Part shown: positions 27,212-40,242 of the stretch, piece after piece | Layout: each line of letters begins with the position of its first letter | Numbering within the stretch: the first letter of the stretch is position 1 | NCBI GenBank assembly: GCA_951406725.2 | Contig: OX597815.1 | Location: 153,946,001-154,010,000 of the forward strand | DNA from: Octopus vulgaris | Taxonomy: Eukaryota | DNA: 64,000 nucleotides | Direction of reading: 5' to 3' | Notes under the pieces: generated by a model | What the model saw: the letters and a program-made list of their open reading frames with translations, nothing else | Database searches by the model: none | What the model was told of the DNA's origin: nothing | Position numbers and translations under genes: made by a program

Positions 27212-27420
27212 CGCCATGTTGATTCGCTAGCTTCTGCACGCATTTTTTCTCTCTCCTTGTTTCTCTCCGTGTTTCTTTTCTGCGTATATTTCTGTTGAAG
27301 AGCGTAGGCTCGAAACGCAAAAGACTTGTTTTATTTATATTCCTGAGCGCCATACTAATACAATTGTTTGTTTGTATTCCACCTGCCTTCGTCTTTTGTT
27401 TATTTTCATAAAGCTTCCCG

Positions 27421-27462
<42 letters not shown>

Positions 27463-27640
27463 GGAGTGTTTACGAAAAAAAACCCAAAAGACGAAGACAG
27501 GTGGTGTACAAAACAAACAGATGTATTAGTATAACGCTCAGGAATAGAAAAAGTCTTTTACGTTTCGAGCCTACGCTCTTCTACAGAAAGGGACACAGAA
27601 AAAACAAGGAGAGAAAAAAAATGTGTGTAGTGGCTAATGT
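27207..27640. repeat. Two Penelope-pLTR-derived repeats in inverted orientation around a (TA)n tract
   Basis: 27207-27422 (+) and 27460-27640 (-) are homologous to each other and to 49490-49630, 24140-24315 (-) and 25586-25680 (-). Confidence 0.75.
27555..27590 (-). ncRNA. Variant-core minimal hammerhead-like motif (CUGUAGAA) in a Penelope-associated repeat
   Basis: Minus strand CTTT-CTGTAGA-A-GAGC-GTAG-GCTC-GAAA-CGT-A-AAAG. Homologues at 27288-27325 (+), 49547-49582 (+) and 24235-24255 (-, stem II deleted). Confidence 0.55.
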
Positions 27641-29524
27641 ATATATATGCTCCGTTAATTAATTTGATCGTGCAATCTTCTAGCGCAAATCAGTCAAAGT
27701 GTGGACTAAATTATATATAAAGTTATAGCTTTATTAAATCCGCTCACGGTTACCTCTCTTAAGTACATTTCAGAGACAAGAGTTCAAAAGCTCGGAACAT
27801 TGATGTCTGAGATTCCCGAGAGATGGCGACAATGAACGAAGAATTGACTTTAACATATCCAAATTTACAGCATTTGATTCGCTTTAGGTTTCTGGTATAT
27901 TTCGCGTATATATATATAAGGTTAAATAATGTTATGTGAAACGCAGATTTGTGATTTTGACTTCACTGATTTGTCAGCATGTAATTGATTGAGAACAGCA
28001 TCTTAAAAGGCTTTTTGTTTCCGAAATCTTTGATCAATTTTACAATTCTAAGTGAAGAAATTGACTTTGTTGTTCGCGACATTTCATTAATAATGTTGTG
28101 TAATGTAAAGGTTGTCATATCGTTGCACAAATGCAACAATTTGTTATATTGCGCGTTAATTTGCGACAGAGAAAGGTGAGCAATAAAAATGTATTCGGCT
28201 TCCATATAGGCTTAATATATACAACAATGCCACACTGCAGCAAGTGTCAAAACACTTCAAGCAATTACACATGAGAAACGTGAATGAATTCATAAATTTG
28301 AGTAAAAGGTTGAAATGACTGTTTTACACTGTATTTCAAATGGCTGAATTTGACGTTTATTCAATTGGATTAACTATCATCCTGGGTTAGATTTCCAGAT
28401 GATATCACTTCATTTAAACACTTAAATATCTGAAACGTCTACTTACCACTTTTATCCTGCTTATTTTGCTTCCTTGCATCCACCAGAAGCCTAAATAATT
28501 TGTACCAAAATAAGGAGTCATTTATTCATGGTTTTACTATTGGTCGCAGCTGTTGCAAGGGAAATACTAATTTCTGCACAATAAGAGACAAGATTAGAAA
28601 TTTGAATTTAAAATGAAGCAATTACAAGAAAAAGGAAACATAAAATTCGCATATTTAATTCATTTTTGTGTTGATGTATTACGAGGTTCTTGCATTGTTT
28701 TTTATTGGTGGCAATCATGTATGTCACTATTTCATTCTTTTTAGAAATCATAGGTATCATATAAACAGACTTATTAAACACTATTTTATGAAGAGAAACG
28801 TTTTATTAAAGATGAAAATAATTAAAATCTGGAGGAAATTCTCGAAATACGTTTTCTTTTCTTCAAAGAACGTTAGTACCTCAGGAATTGAGGGATAAAA
28901 GAGAGAACGTTTCCAACTGTTGACAGTGGGCAACGCGTGTGTGCTTTTACGAACAGATACTCATTCGAAGGATTACCGACAAAGAATAACAGCCTGAAAC
29001 AATTCTCTATACCTCAGACTACACATACACACACATACACAAGCACAAAAGAAAGAAAGAGAGATGACGAAGGAAGAAATGATTATCTTAAGAAATTCAT
29101 TAGTTTATAGCTTATAGCTTCATTGGAACCTTGGATACGAGGTGAAATTTATTTGAGAAAGAATTACATTTGTACCTATATAGGAAGTGGCATCATCAAT
29201 GAAAAAGTCAATGCAGATTTGTGTAGGAAAAATCTATGTCCAAAATGTAATTAGATGTATTTGTGGAAAAATATGTGTATGTACGCACCTGCAGATCCAG
29301 AAAGACACAAACACACATACACACATGCAACCCAACTCACAGATACATACAGACACGCACACTCAGCGGGACAGACGTATATATGCGTGTGCGTACCCAG
29401 ACACCCACGCTCGTATATGCACTGATACATATACACACACACAAATGCATTACAATCAATTATATGTAAATTCTTTAAAAAATTCTGTAGCTATATAGCA
29501 TTTCTTTTATGTCTGTATTTTTAG

Positions 29525-29662
29525 GTTCATCGATTTCAAAATTACAATTTAATTCCTGTCACTAAACAACAGTTTGGACAGTTTTTCAATGGTGATTGCT
29601 ATGTCATTGTTTATACATACACAGTGAAAACACAAGAGAAATATATTGTATATTACTGGTTG
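29525..29662 (+). CDS. Villin-like exon 6 (G4): VHRFQNYNLIPVTKQQFGQFFNGDCYVIVYTYTVKTQEKYIVYYWL
   Basis: tttttAG acceptor, GTAAGT donor. GQFF.GDCY.I.YTY...Y.W hallmark of gelsolin repeats 1 and 4. Confidence 0.96.
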
Positions 29663-29904
29663 GTAAGTCATATTTTGTTAATGTCATTCTTAACCTAAAA
29701 TATTAATTAGTTTTCATGAATACATATTGACAAACACTCACGCACACACCAAGGCATTGAGCCGTGGATTAAGAGCTTTTTTTTTTTAAATTGAAGCAAC
29801 GGTATCAGTAGCTCTCTGATCAAAATTTAATCAGCGGCGACATCTTGTCTCTTACATTTCGAGTTCTGTCAAAATACACTTCTTTCTTCCGGCTGTCTCT
29901 TCGC

Positions 29905-29942
<38 letters not shown>

Positions 29943-29987
29943 TTATCTACACACACATATATAGCACATCAATTTATTTAACTGCCA

Positions 29988-30210
<223 letters not shown>

Positions 30211-30547
30211 TGTGTGTGTGTTTGTATGTACGTGTGTGTGTCTTATTTCATGTAGAGCATAATAATTCAAGAGATATTATATTAATGAAGAATACGACTG
30301 CATTGATGAAAGTAATTTCATTCGTCTTTTAGCGTCACCGTTTAATTATCCAGATGCAATCTTTAATTATATATTTCAATTTCGCTTTATCTTCACATAT
30401 TCTATATTTGTGTAGTTGCACATTATACATATTTCTGGATTAATGAGCTAGCGCAATATAGATTAACTAAATAAAATCAAAGCTAAGTTTATAATTGTTT
30501 TATTATTCTGCCATTAATTAATAAAGCTTTTCATTTCTTAAATTCAG

Positions 30548-30634
30548 GGTATTGAATCAAATTTAGAAGATCAAAGAGTTGTGTCTCTTAGAGTAACAGA
30601 ACTGGAAGAAACACTCGGTCATAATGTAATGCAG
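30548..30634 (+). CDS. Villin-like exon 7 (G4 long helix): GIESNLEDQRVVSLRVTELEETLGHNVMQ
   Basis: aattcAG acceptor, CAG|GTATTT donor. The 29 codons are colinear with the gelsolin G4 segment [29 protein letters not shown] (recalled sequence). Confidence 0.88.
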
Positions 30635-32977
30635 GTATTTATCGAATATTTGTGGTATTAAATATCTCGTCTGGAAATTAGATCTAGAAGAAAATAATGT
30701 AATTATTAAACATTTAGATCAACCTCCCGTTTTTGATACTTTCAGGTATTTTGTTCTATTTTGTAATTAGTACACCTGTTCTTGATACTGCTCTGAAGTA
30801 GCTAGATTTTCGTCTTGCACTCGATCTCTTCCAATAATTAACTCTTAAGAGACTGTCGTAAGTTCCTATTCTGTCGTTCCTTTCCAAGATGAATAGATTT
30901 GGTTGCCATTTCTAATAAAGTGAATGACTACGTAGAGGTACCCTCATTGGTTCGACTTTATTTGCCTCAAATGTCTGCGACGTTATTTAAGACACTTGTT
31001 ATCTTTAATTGATAGCCTTCACAGGACTATCCTATGTTTCTGAATATCAAGGGCTAGATTGTTCAATGTCCACCTACCCTTTTAAATAGTATGTTGTAAT
31101 TTAAATGAATTCAGTTGCTATTTTTAGTAGGGCATGCGGCCATGTGAAAGTTCTTTCGCTGGCCTGAATAAATGTATCATAATAACTAGTTTGTATGCCA
31201 TGAGTTTAAATATTTATAGGGAAGTATTTAATTAATTAGAATATATCTCAGATACACGATTAGTTATCATTTATAGACATCGTAGGGATTAAAATACAAT
31301 GTCAGTTTGAAACAGAATTAATGTTTGATGACACAAACTACTACAATTCATTAGATATTTGATATTGTCTCAGTCTATTTAACTCGCACTTCTGCATATT
31401 TCTTCAGAGAACAACATCCTGTATTTGTGTTCAGCACAGGACCAATTATACAGGACCAATTATAAACTATTAAAAAAAAACTTTGACCAACACTTTACAG
31501 TTTTAACATTTCACTATTACCAAACCGATAATAAGAATTTCTAACATAAGAACAATACTTTAGGTTTTGGAAGAAAGAATTAATCTTGACTGGTACTTTA
31601 TGTTATTGACCTAGATATACTACTTTTGATTGAAAGCTGGGCTGATCACGGCTGGAATGTCTTTGATCTTAGGCCTGCTAAATTAGAGTTGATTTTTGGT
31701 TAAGCAGCAAGATGAAATAAGGGGCAAAAATACTTCTTGTTTTGTATTTTCAATCACAATACTATAAATGGCCTAATTAATGTAGAATAGCTATTGCCGG
31801 ATGGTTTAAATCTGGCCTAATATGGACTAGCTATTGTTAGATGATATAAACTTGGGCTTACATCAGTCGCTAAAACATATTTTGGTTTCTATTTCAAAGT
31901 GACAATAACATTTTAACATTTAACATAGGTGAATAAAATATTGTCATACGCGTTTCTCAACAATGTTATTCGCTAGTTAGATAATATGGAGTAGAAGGGC
32001 TCTTCTTACCGGAAGCAAAGTGACCTCTCTATTGATAAAATCCACCAAGTACACCCAGTGAAGGAGTTAGCAACTGAACGAAGATAACGTAAGATTGAGA
32101 GGGTTCTTCAGTTTTACTGAGAATATAAAACCTCTATACTGTGCTAGTGCCACGAGAATAAAAAGAAGAAAAACTGGTTGGTAACAGGAAAAAAAATCAG
32201 TCATAGAAAACACTCTGAACATGGAAATTATGAGGATGAGGGAGACGTGGTTTTCAACCCGTCTAAAAGGTAACTATTCCGAATATGTACTGACTCGGCT
32301 CATGACAACTCCTCTAGGCAATGCTAGCATGGAATAGCAGATGTAAAAGTGATGATGATAATGATGTAGGTAAAGTTAAATTTCACTAAACAAGAATGAA
32401 AACTGCTTTGCAAATTAAACACTATTGCTCACTAAACCGCAACATGCTATGTAATTACATTAATTAGACAATTACATAATTATATGATTTAGATTATATT
32501 TTTTAGTTGTAATTAGAGTATGATTACCATTTATCATATAATATCATGCGATATACCGTATATTTCTAATTAATTGATAAATAGTAAATTACTGTTTCAA
32601 CCGTCTGATAAATCTTCTTCGGCGAAAATTTGAAATCATAATCAACATTTTGAAAATAAATATATCATTTATTTCTAATGTAGCGAAAATAACATTAATT
32701 TGAATGTGAAAACTGGGTGGTGGAAGTAAAAGAAAGCCTAAATTCCTTGAAGAATTTAGGTACGCCGCGTTGGTTTTAAGAGTCACATCACGTCAGTACT
32801 AGTTAAACTTCTCATTCAAGCGGAACCGATAGCTTAAGCACCATTTGTCAGTAATAGGCGTCAACTGAATTGATTAAATCCCTTCATACCATATATAACC
32901 TTGTACCAAAACTATACATGAATAATTAGTTTAAATGAATTTTAAGAATTTATTAATTATAAGATGATTTTTTACAG

Positions 32978-33049
32978 GTCAGAGTAATTCAAGGAAAAGA
33001 ACCGCCACATTTGATGACCATATTTAAAGGGAAAATGGTTATTCTTCTG
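32978..33049 (+). CDS. Villin-like exon 8 (G4 end): VRVIQGKEPPHLMTIFKGKMVILL
   Basis: ttttacAG acceptor, GTATGT donor. Canonical RV.QGKEP.H...IF.GKM motif. Confidence 0.97.
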
Positions 33050-33802
33050 GTATGTCTAACTTTGAGATTCTGTAATACTTGAAATTGTTTAAAGAGTGTT
33101 ATTTAATGGTGAACACCGTGAACATTCTTTGTTATGTTGGGTTTACTTACCTGCTCTATACAACACCGTTAAGCTATTGGGAAACGGTTTTGAAATGTGA
33201 GTTTTGATTCCTGTGTGAACTAGTGTACTGAACCCGCTGTTCATTCCATAATCTTTAGCTAACACCACTACTTGCAATAAATTTATGTTTCTTAGAATGT
33301 GGTACAACCGAAACTGAAAGTCCAGACTTCGGCAAAATTATTTTACTCTGGTAAGAAAATACTTATAGAATAATTAATTGTTCAAAGAGGATTGCGTGTG
33401 ATGGTTCACTTCGTTTCAGTTCACTTCGAGGATGACCAAATGAACGGACCCTGATGAGGCTGCACCGAAAATATTGCAAGGTTACATTTAGAACAGTGAG
33501 TAGTTGCTGCAGCGGAAACACGTGTAGGTCATTATAATATGCTGTATATAGCTGTAAAATAAAGTTTATGGATGTGCGAATCTCCATTATCATTAATATA
33601 TACTCCAGACAATTTTTAGCGTCCAGCGAAGAGTGCATGGTATTACTAATCAAAAGAATTCACTGAGCGACCAACTAAGTGTAGTCACAGACATTAGACA
33701 CAGATCGTTGTGGCTAGCCATCAACTGAAACTTAACTGAGAGCTAATATAGTATCCGCTCGGATAATATATCCCTCCACGCACACACACTAATATATATA
33801 TG

Positions 33803-33850
<48 letters not shown>

Positions 33851-34015
33851 AAGTAATGTTCATAGCCACTTAAACATGACTGTCCGTTCGAACGGATTTT
33901 ACTACGATTGTTTAATCCAAGAAGATATCTCCTCTAGCTGGTTAATGATGCGCAGCTGCATCCGAGATATTGCGAGCAAGGGAGCGAACCCCTAATACCT
34001 TCAAGCGACGGGAGC

Positions 34016-34061
34016 AGTAGACCAGCCTGGTTACGGGCTATTTCCGCTTCTCTTCAGTACT
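34016..34061 (-). ncRNA. Hammerhead copy of the 35271 family with a GAAA>GTAA core mutation
   Basis: Minus strand AGTA-CTGAAGA-GAAGCGGAAATAGCCC-GTAA-CCAGGCTGGT-C-TACT. Confidence 0.65.
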
Positions 34062-34574
34062 CGACACCTCGTCTGCTAGAGATTAATTCTTTATCATGAT
34101 AATACAATATCAATACATAGAAGGGGCAATATAGGACGTTACAAACAATTTGTGTTTATGAGTTCGTTTAATGAGATTCTAAAAATATGATGATTTATAT
34201 TAGATATAATCAAAATTTTCCACTAAAAATTTTACACTTTGGCCGTGAAGTCCACCGGCTACACCGTACGCCTTTACTACGTATCAATTAAGCAGGGTCA
34301 TTCACACCCAACTTCCTTTCCACATCCTTTCATCTTTTTCCGTATACACTTTACGACAAGCGTCTTTTCTCCAGCCCTATCTTCCTCTTCAGATGATATC
34401 TGAAGTAATATAGCAAATCAAGGTCGGGGATATATATTCCCGTCGCGACTCCTTTCATTCTAGTTTTTCATATACACTCTTTCAACACTACAACTGAGCT
34501 TAAAAAAACATGTCTCCCCTTCCTTTGATAGTCTGGGTGCGGTGTAATCTTAATCATGCACTCAGCCGATAGCT

Positions 34575-34850
34575 GTACTCTTCTTAGATGCGGTTCCTGG
34601 CAGCAGACAGAGCGCCTTACAAGAGGCTTTCCTCCCTTCCACAATAAGCGGAGAAGGAGGCGCTCCAATTTGTTTAGCCACGAGTCGGAGCAAGGAACAA
34701 CGGTTACGTGGTAGGCGATTACAGATGAAGTAAACATCTGTACCACCTCCGCCCTTCCTTTCAAGGATAGAGCCCGTCCGGACCAAGTCCGAACTAGAGC
34801 TTCCACCGTCTGCCACCTCGCTCCAATTCTTCTCAGTTTGGAAGTCCGGT
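34575..34850 (-). mobile_element. L1/Tx1-clade LINE ORF2 fragment
   Basis: WQTVEALVRTWSGRALSLKGRAEVVQMF...LERLLLRLLWKGGKPLVRRSVCCQ carries the W..R.LSL.GR motif after RT. Confidence 0.8.
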
Positions 34851-34886
34851 ATACACACGTACACACACACATACGCACACACATTA

Positions 34887-34935
<49 letters not shown>

Positions 34936-35270
34936 AGTAATGTTCGTAGCCACTTCAACATGGCTGTCCGTTCGAACGGATTTTACTACGATTTTTTAAT
35001 CCAAGAGGACATCTCATGGTTGTTAACGATGCATAGCTGCATCCCAGATATTGCGAGTAGAGAAACGAACCCCTGCCACCTGCTAACGTCGCTTTAAATT
35101 ATGTATAATGCAATCTCTAGCAGACGAGGTATCCAGTATTGAAGAGGGGTAGAAATAGCTGGTCTGCTGGTCCTGTCGCACGCACACACACACACACATA
35201 CACACACACACACACATACACACACATACACACGCACACATACACACACACATCTCTAGCTGAGGTGTCC

Positions 35271-35316
35271 AGTACTGATGAGAGGCAGAAATAGCCCGAA
35301 ACCAGGTTGGTCTGCT
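35271..35316 (+). ncRNA. Type I hammerhead ribozyme, apparently intact (GUC site, predicted cut after 35312)
   Basis: Stem I AGTA/TGCT; core CTGATGA (35275-81); stem II G(A)GGC-AGAAATA-GCCC; GAAA; stem III ACCA-GGT-TGGT; C17. Confidence 0.8.
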
Positions 35317-35365
35317 CGTCCCGTCGCGCGCGCAAGCGCACACACACCTGTACGTATACACACAG

Positions 35366-35443
<78 letters not shown>

Positions 35444-35951
35444 GTATATTGTGTATGTTATACCACATGTAATTTTCCAGTTGACAAAAATAGCAGCATG
35501 ACTGTCTTTGATGCATTTAGATTTAGTACTATACACATTATAGAACTATTCTAATCTTATTAGTATTTCGTATTCCATAATACTGCATATAACAACTATT
35601 GCGAAACACCAATTCTATTTTATAACTCTCACCGTTCTCTCTTTCCTTCTGTCTTTCTTGTCTTTCCCCCTTTCTTTCTTTGAAAAATCGAAATAGAAAG
35701 AAATTATAATTAATTTGAAATGATAACAATGTTGACTAGCTACTTCATTTCTCTTGTATAACAGAGGGATGGGTGAAAACTATTTCATCTTATAGAATTA
35801 AATACAAGATAATTAATATTTAATTTTTCTTATGTACCTACGTCCGAAAACAACATGCGTACGTGTTTCTTCAACTACGTGCCTCATCACGATAGATTAA
35901 CTGTCACCTTCAGTTTTTTATATTCGTATTATACTCTTCGCAGTAAATCAG

Positions 35952-36058
<107 letters not shown>

Positions 36059-36150
36059 GTGCTTACATTTTTGTATTTTCCTATCTATCCATCTATTTAT
36101 CTATCAATCTATGTATCTATTTCTATGTACTTACATCTATATATCTTCTC

Positions 36151-36246
<96 letters not shown>

Positions 36247-36476
36247 AAGATAGATAGATGTAAGTACTCATTCCTAAACATCCAAAATGACGAAACTCCT
36301 GTGCCACGAGAACTGATTATTACACAATGTTCCTTGAAAAGCTAATTCAAATAGCGAAAACCGGTGAGATTTCACGACATCCATATAATATGTATATATT
36401 TATCAAAAGATATTAAACTATATGAAACGAAGGCATTTCTCTTCCACTTTTTATATATTTTTTTCTACATATTTTC

Positions 36477-36539
<63 letters not shown>

Positions 36540-36569
36540 CATACATACATACATACATACACACACACA

Positions 36570-36965
36570 TATTGGCTCAAAAGCAAATAGCAAGGCCATG
36601 TAGGGGGACATGGAGTTAAGTACAGGGTGGTGTTCATGTAAAGAGTTCAGGCCACTTGAGGTCAAGGGAAGCTTTGAACAAAGCGGTCGTCGGCATCTTC
36701 ACCATCTCGTCTGGCAGCTTGTTCCACGGATCCGCAACCCGGACGGAGAAAGCTCCTCTCCTTCGATTGAGATGAAATCGTCGCAGGTAGAGCTTTTCGG
36801 AATGACCCCGCAGCCGACGCTCTGGAGCAGGAGTGAAGAACAGCTCTTTCGAGAGGTTACATTTTCTGCTTATGATGTTGTGGGCGAGAATGAGATCACC
36901 ACGGCGACGGCGTTTTTCTAGAGAATAAAGGTCGAGCGTCCTCAGCCTTTCTTCATAGGACACAT
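36570..36965 (-). mobile_element. 5'-truncated CR1-clade LINE (ORF2 C-terminus plus short 3'UTR)
   Basis: Uninterrupted SYEERLRTLDLYSLEKRRRRGDLI...RGHSEKL...FSVRVADPWNKLP...FKASLD, followed by a short UTR and a microsatellite. Confidence 0.9.
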
Positions 36966-37835
36966 TTTTGAGACCATGAATTATTATTATAACCTTTGGA
37001 GATATACCTCCGATTTGATGAACTATTGATTACATGAGGAACGAAATATAGAGCTGGATAACATTCATAACTGAAAATGAATTTCTCAAGGAGGCAAAAC
37101 ATGCAATAAAGAAAGAAATTATAAACTGTAGAGTTTAATCATAAAAGCAAAATGTGGAAAAAAATGTGAGATACAGGGACTGAGGAATTTCTGTAAGTGC
37201 GCGCGCGCACACACACACATACATACACACACAAACACACAAACAAACACGCACGCACGCACGCACAGACACGAGCACGCGCACACACGCACACACACAC
37301 AAATTTGTTGTGCAATATATGAAATCATAGAATTCTATGCTAATCATAAAAACGCTCTTCTAGTGAACCCGGCTAAATATGGAAGGGTGAAATCCGGTAG
37401 ATTCAATCTGTGTGATGAATTCATGAGGAATTTATACATAAAAAAAAGTCAAGAGGTATGGGAGATGCATATATTTATTTCACCAGTCGATATCCATAGA
37501 ATGACGGCCGTTTTGTGGCCTTCATTATGTAATGATAACTTTAATGTATGATAAATCATTTTACATGTCTGCACCAATGTGCATGTTACACATTGCACAG
37601 CGCTATTATACATTTACAAATCAATGCAGATTTTCTCTGTTCCAAACGAGAAGGATTCTAAGCCTGTTATATGTTCCCTGATGAAGGAACTGTTTTTATG
37701 GGAGACGGACAGGAATACTTTATCCACCCTCAATAACATTTTCCATAAACGATCGTAGGATGAGTATTAGACTTTATCTCTGCCATGGAATGCTTTTAAC
37801 ATCTTTTAATTATGTATATTGTAACATATTGTCCA

Positions 37836-37999
37836 TAGGCGCAGGAGTGGCTGTGTGGTAAGTAGCTTGTTTACCAACCAGATGGTTCTGGGTTCAGTCC
37901 CACTGCATGGCACCTTGGGCAAGTGTCTTCTACTATAGCCTCGGGCCGACCAAAGCCTTGTGAATGGATTTGGTAGACGGAAACTGAAAGAAGCCCGTC

Positions 38000-38041
<42 letters not shown>

Positions 38042-38267
38042 GTGCGTGTGTGTGTGTCTGTGTTTGTCCCCTTAGCATTGCTTGACAACCGATGCTGGTG
38101 TGTTTATGTCCCCGTTACTTAGCGGTTCGGCAAAAGAGACCGATTGAATAAGTACTGGGCTTACAAAAGAATAAGTCCCGGGGTCGATTTGCTCGATTAA
38201 AGGCGATGCTCCAGCATGGCCGCAGTCAAATGACTGAAACAAGTAAAAGAGTAAAAGAGTAAAGAGT
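37836..38267 (+). mobile_element. tRNA-derived SINE family B (CORE-like CCTTGGGCAAGT segment, internal TA/TG microsatellite, AAAAGAGT tail), full length
   Basis: TGGCTGTGTGGTAAG (A box) and GGTTCAGTCCC (B box). Homologous copies at 1-228 (+, 3' half), 2645-2797 (-), 8141-8543 (+), 18523-18899 (-), 55491-55661 (-), 57835-58025 and 60136-60325 (+, internally deleted), 62487-62842 (-). Confidence 0.85.
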
Positions 38268-38541
38268 GTCTATAACTTTCTTCCTGCTAGTTTCTAAGAC
38301 GTATGTACCAAGGTCAGGCACTCGCTTACCATTTTATATTTTCATTATATATCCATATACTTTTTTTTATATGTTCATATGTATTTATATGTATATTTTT
38401 ATGCATTTGTATATTTTTGTGTAGTTTTGTGCATGTATATATTTTTTTACGGTTTTATAAGATTAGCCTTAAGTACTCCGATGTTATAAAAGAAACTGTT
38501 TATCGATTACCTGAACATTGGGTCTTCTACCATTGCCTATG

Positions 38542-38572
<31 letters not shown>

Positions 38573-38704
38573 ACATAAATGTGAAACAAGGTGGGAAAAG
38601 CATGACTCGAATACCGGAGGTAGAATAATATGCTTTATTAATAAAGCTGCAAAGGTATCACAAAAACTGTTACTCAGAGTCCCAAAATCCCGTTCATTTT
38701 TGTG

Positions 38705-38746
<42 letters not shown>

Positions 38747-39576
38747 GAATGATACCTATTTAGACCCATTAAATTGCACACACATCTATATATACATAAA
38801 TACGCATATGGATACACATATATGCATATGAGCGTAAGTATCACAAAAAAGGCACATACATACACACATATATACCTAGAGGCATGCAAACAGCTAACAA
38901 TGTACATGTGCACATGTAAATAATTTCGTCTGAAGCCCCGTGTCTTTGAAAATTTTCTGAAGCAGAGGAGTGCAGCTTTTAAACAAAATTCAAAAGCTCG
39001 GTACCTTTTAACCGACGATGTAATTGTCTTTTCTAACTCAACACCCGATTTCAAAACTATTTCTTACTCAGTATCAGCCGTCAGTTTCAGAACGTCATTT
39101 AGACAGATACTACATTCCCTCCTACTCACACATACAGGAATATACACACCCACAAATACAAACATATATGTACATACATGCATACACACAGACATCCGCC
39201 AGTGCATACACACACACACGCGCGCATATACACACACACACACAGAAACATACGCAGGTATACACATGCACGCATGTACAAACATATAAATGCATACACA
39301 CACACACACACACACAGGCATACAGATATACGCACTCACACGTGCGCGTGCCCACACACTCACATACACGCACGCACGCACACACACACACATACACACA
39401 TGGACATGAATAATCACCTAGTTATATAAGGAAATAAAACAATTTTTACATTTCATTTCTCAAATGAAATAATGAAGCATTTTTTTTCTGAAATTGTTAT
39501 CCTGTAATTACCATAACCGAATGTCCGATTCATTTTGATGAGATTTCATCCACAATTTCCTTTTCAACTTAAATAG

Positions 39577-39687
39577 GGAAGCCACGAAAAGTGGGAAAAG
39601 AAAAGCAGTTTATTGGCTTCTGGCCCTGGACGTCATTACATGCTCCATGTACGCGGGACATCGGACTATAACACGAAAGCAGTTCAG
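39577..39687 (+). CDS. Villin-like exon 9 (G5 start): GSHEKWEKKSSLLASGPGRHYMLHVRGTSDYNTKAVQ
   Basis: aaatAG acceptor, CAG|GTATGT donor. L.VRGT...NTKAV motif. Confidence 0.95.
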
Positions 39688-39727
39688 GTATGTAATTTAT
39701 TTATTTATATATGTATTTATATTCTAA

Positions 39728-40240
39728 CTAGCAGTATCGCCCGGCGTTGCTCGGGTTTGTAAGGGAAATAACTATATAAGCATTTTTAGAAAGTTACTTC
39801 CCTTATAGATGCCAATTCGGGCTTTCTTAGCCATTTCTGTTTTGGTGTCTTCAAGCCATGAAGTCGTTGTTCTAAAAGAACGCTGGTCTCCTTGACAACG
39901 CTTTACGACGTTGATTTCCTTACACTCCCTTCCCCACAGCTTCACGAGGGGGGGAAGAAGGGGGAGAAGCAAACAGGTGCAGGTGTGACCATGGACGCCA
40001 ACTCCGCCGCCATCGACACACGAAACATTATGCATTAAAATGGAATAAAAGATGATGTTAAATTATTTTTAAAATCGTAGACTCATCGTAGACGCGCGCT
40101 AATAGCCAGACGGGCTCGATATGAATCACGACTATAAGATACCCGAATTTGGTTAAACTGCACCGCAAAATGTGGGAGTAGTTAGGAATCTAAATCGAAG
40201 GGGACAGACACTCACACAACTACAGTTTTCTATATATAGA
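39728..40240 (-). mobile_element. Non-autonomous Helitron family 1, copy A
   Basis: Minus strand 5'-TCTATATATA...CCCGAGCAACGCCGGG hairpin-CGATACTG-CTAG-3', between A and T, no TSD. Confidence 0.85.
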
Positions 40241-40242
40241 TA

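Noticed and set aside
27963-28480. Possible decayed DNA-transposase coding on the minus strand
   Set aside because: No recognisable motif could be pinned down by eye.
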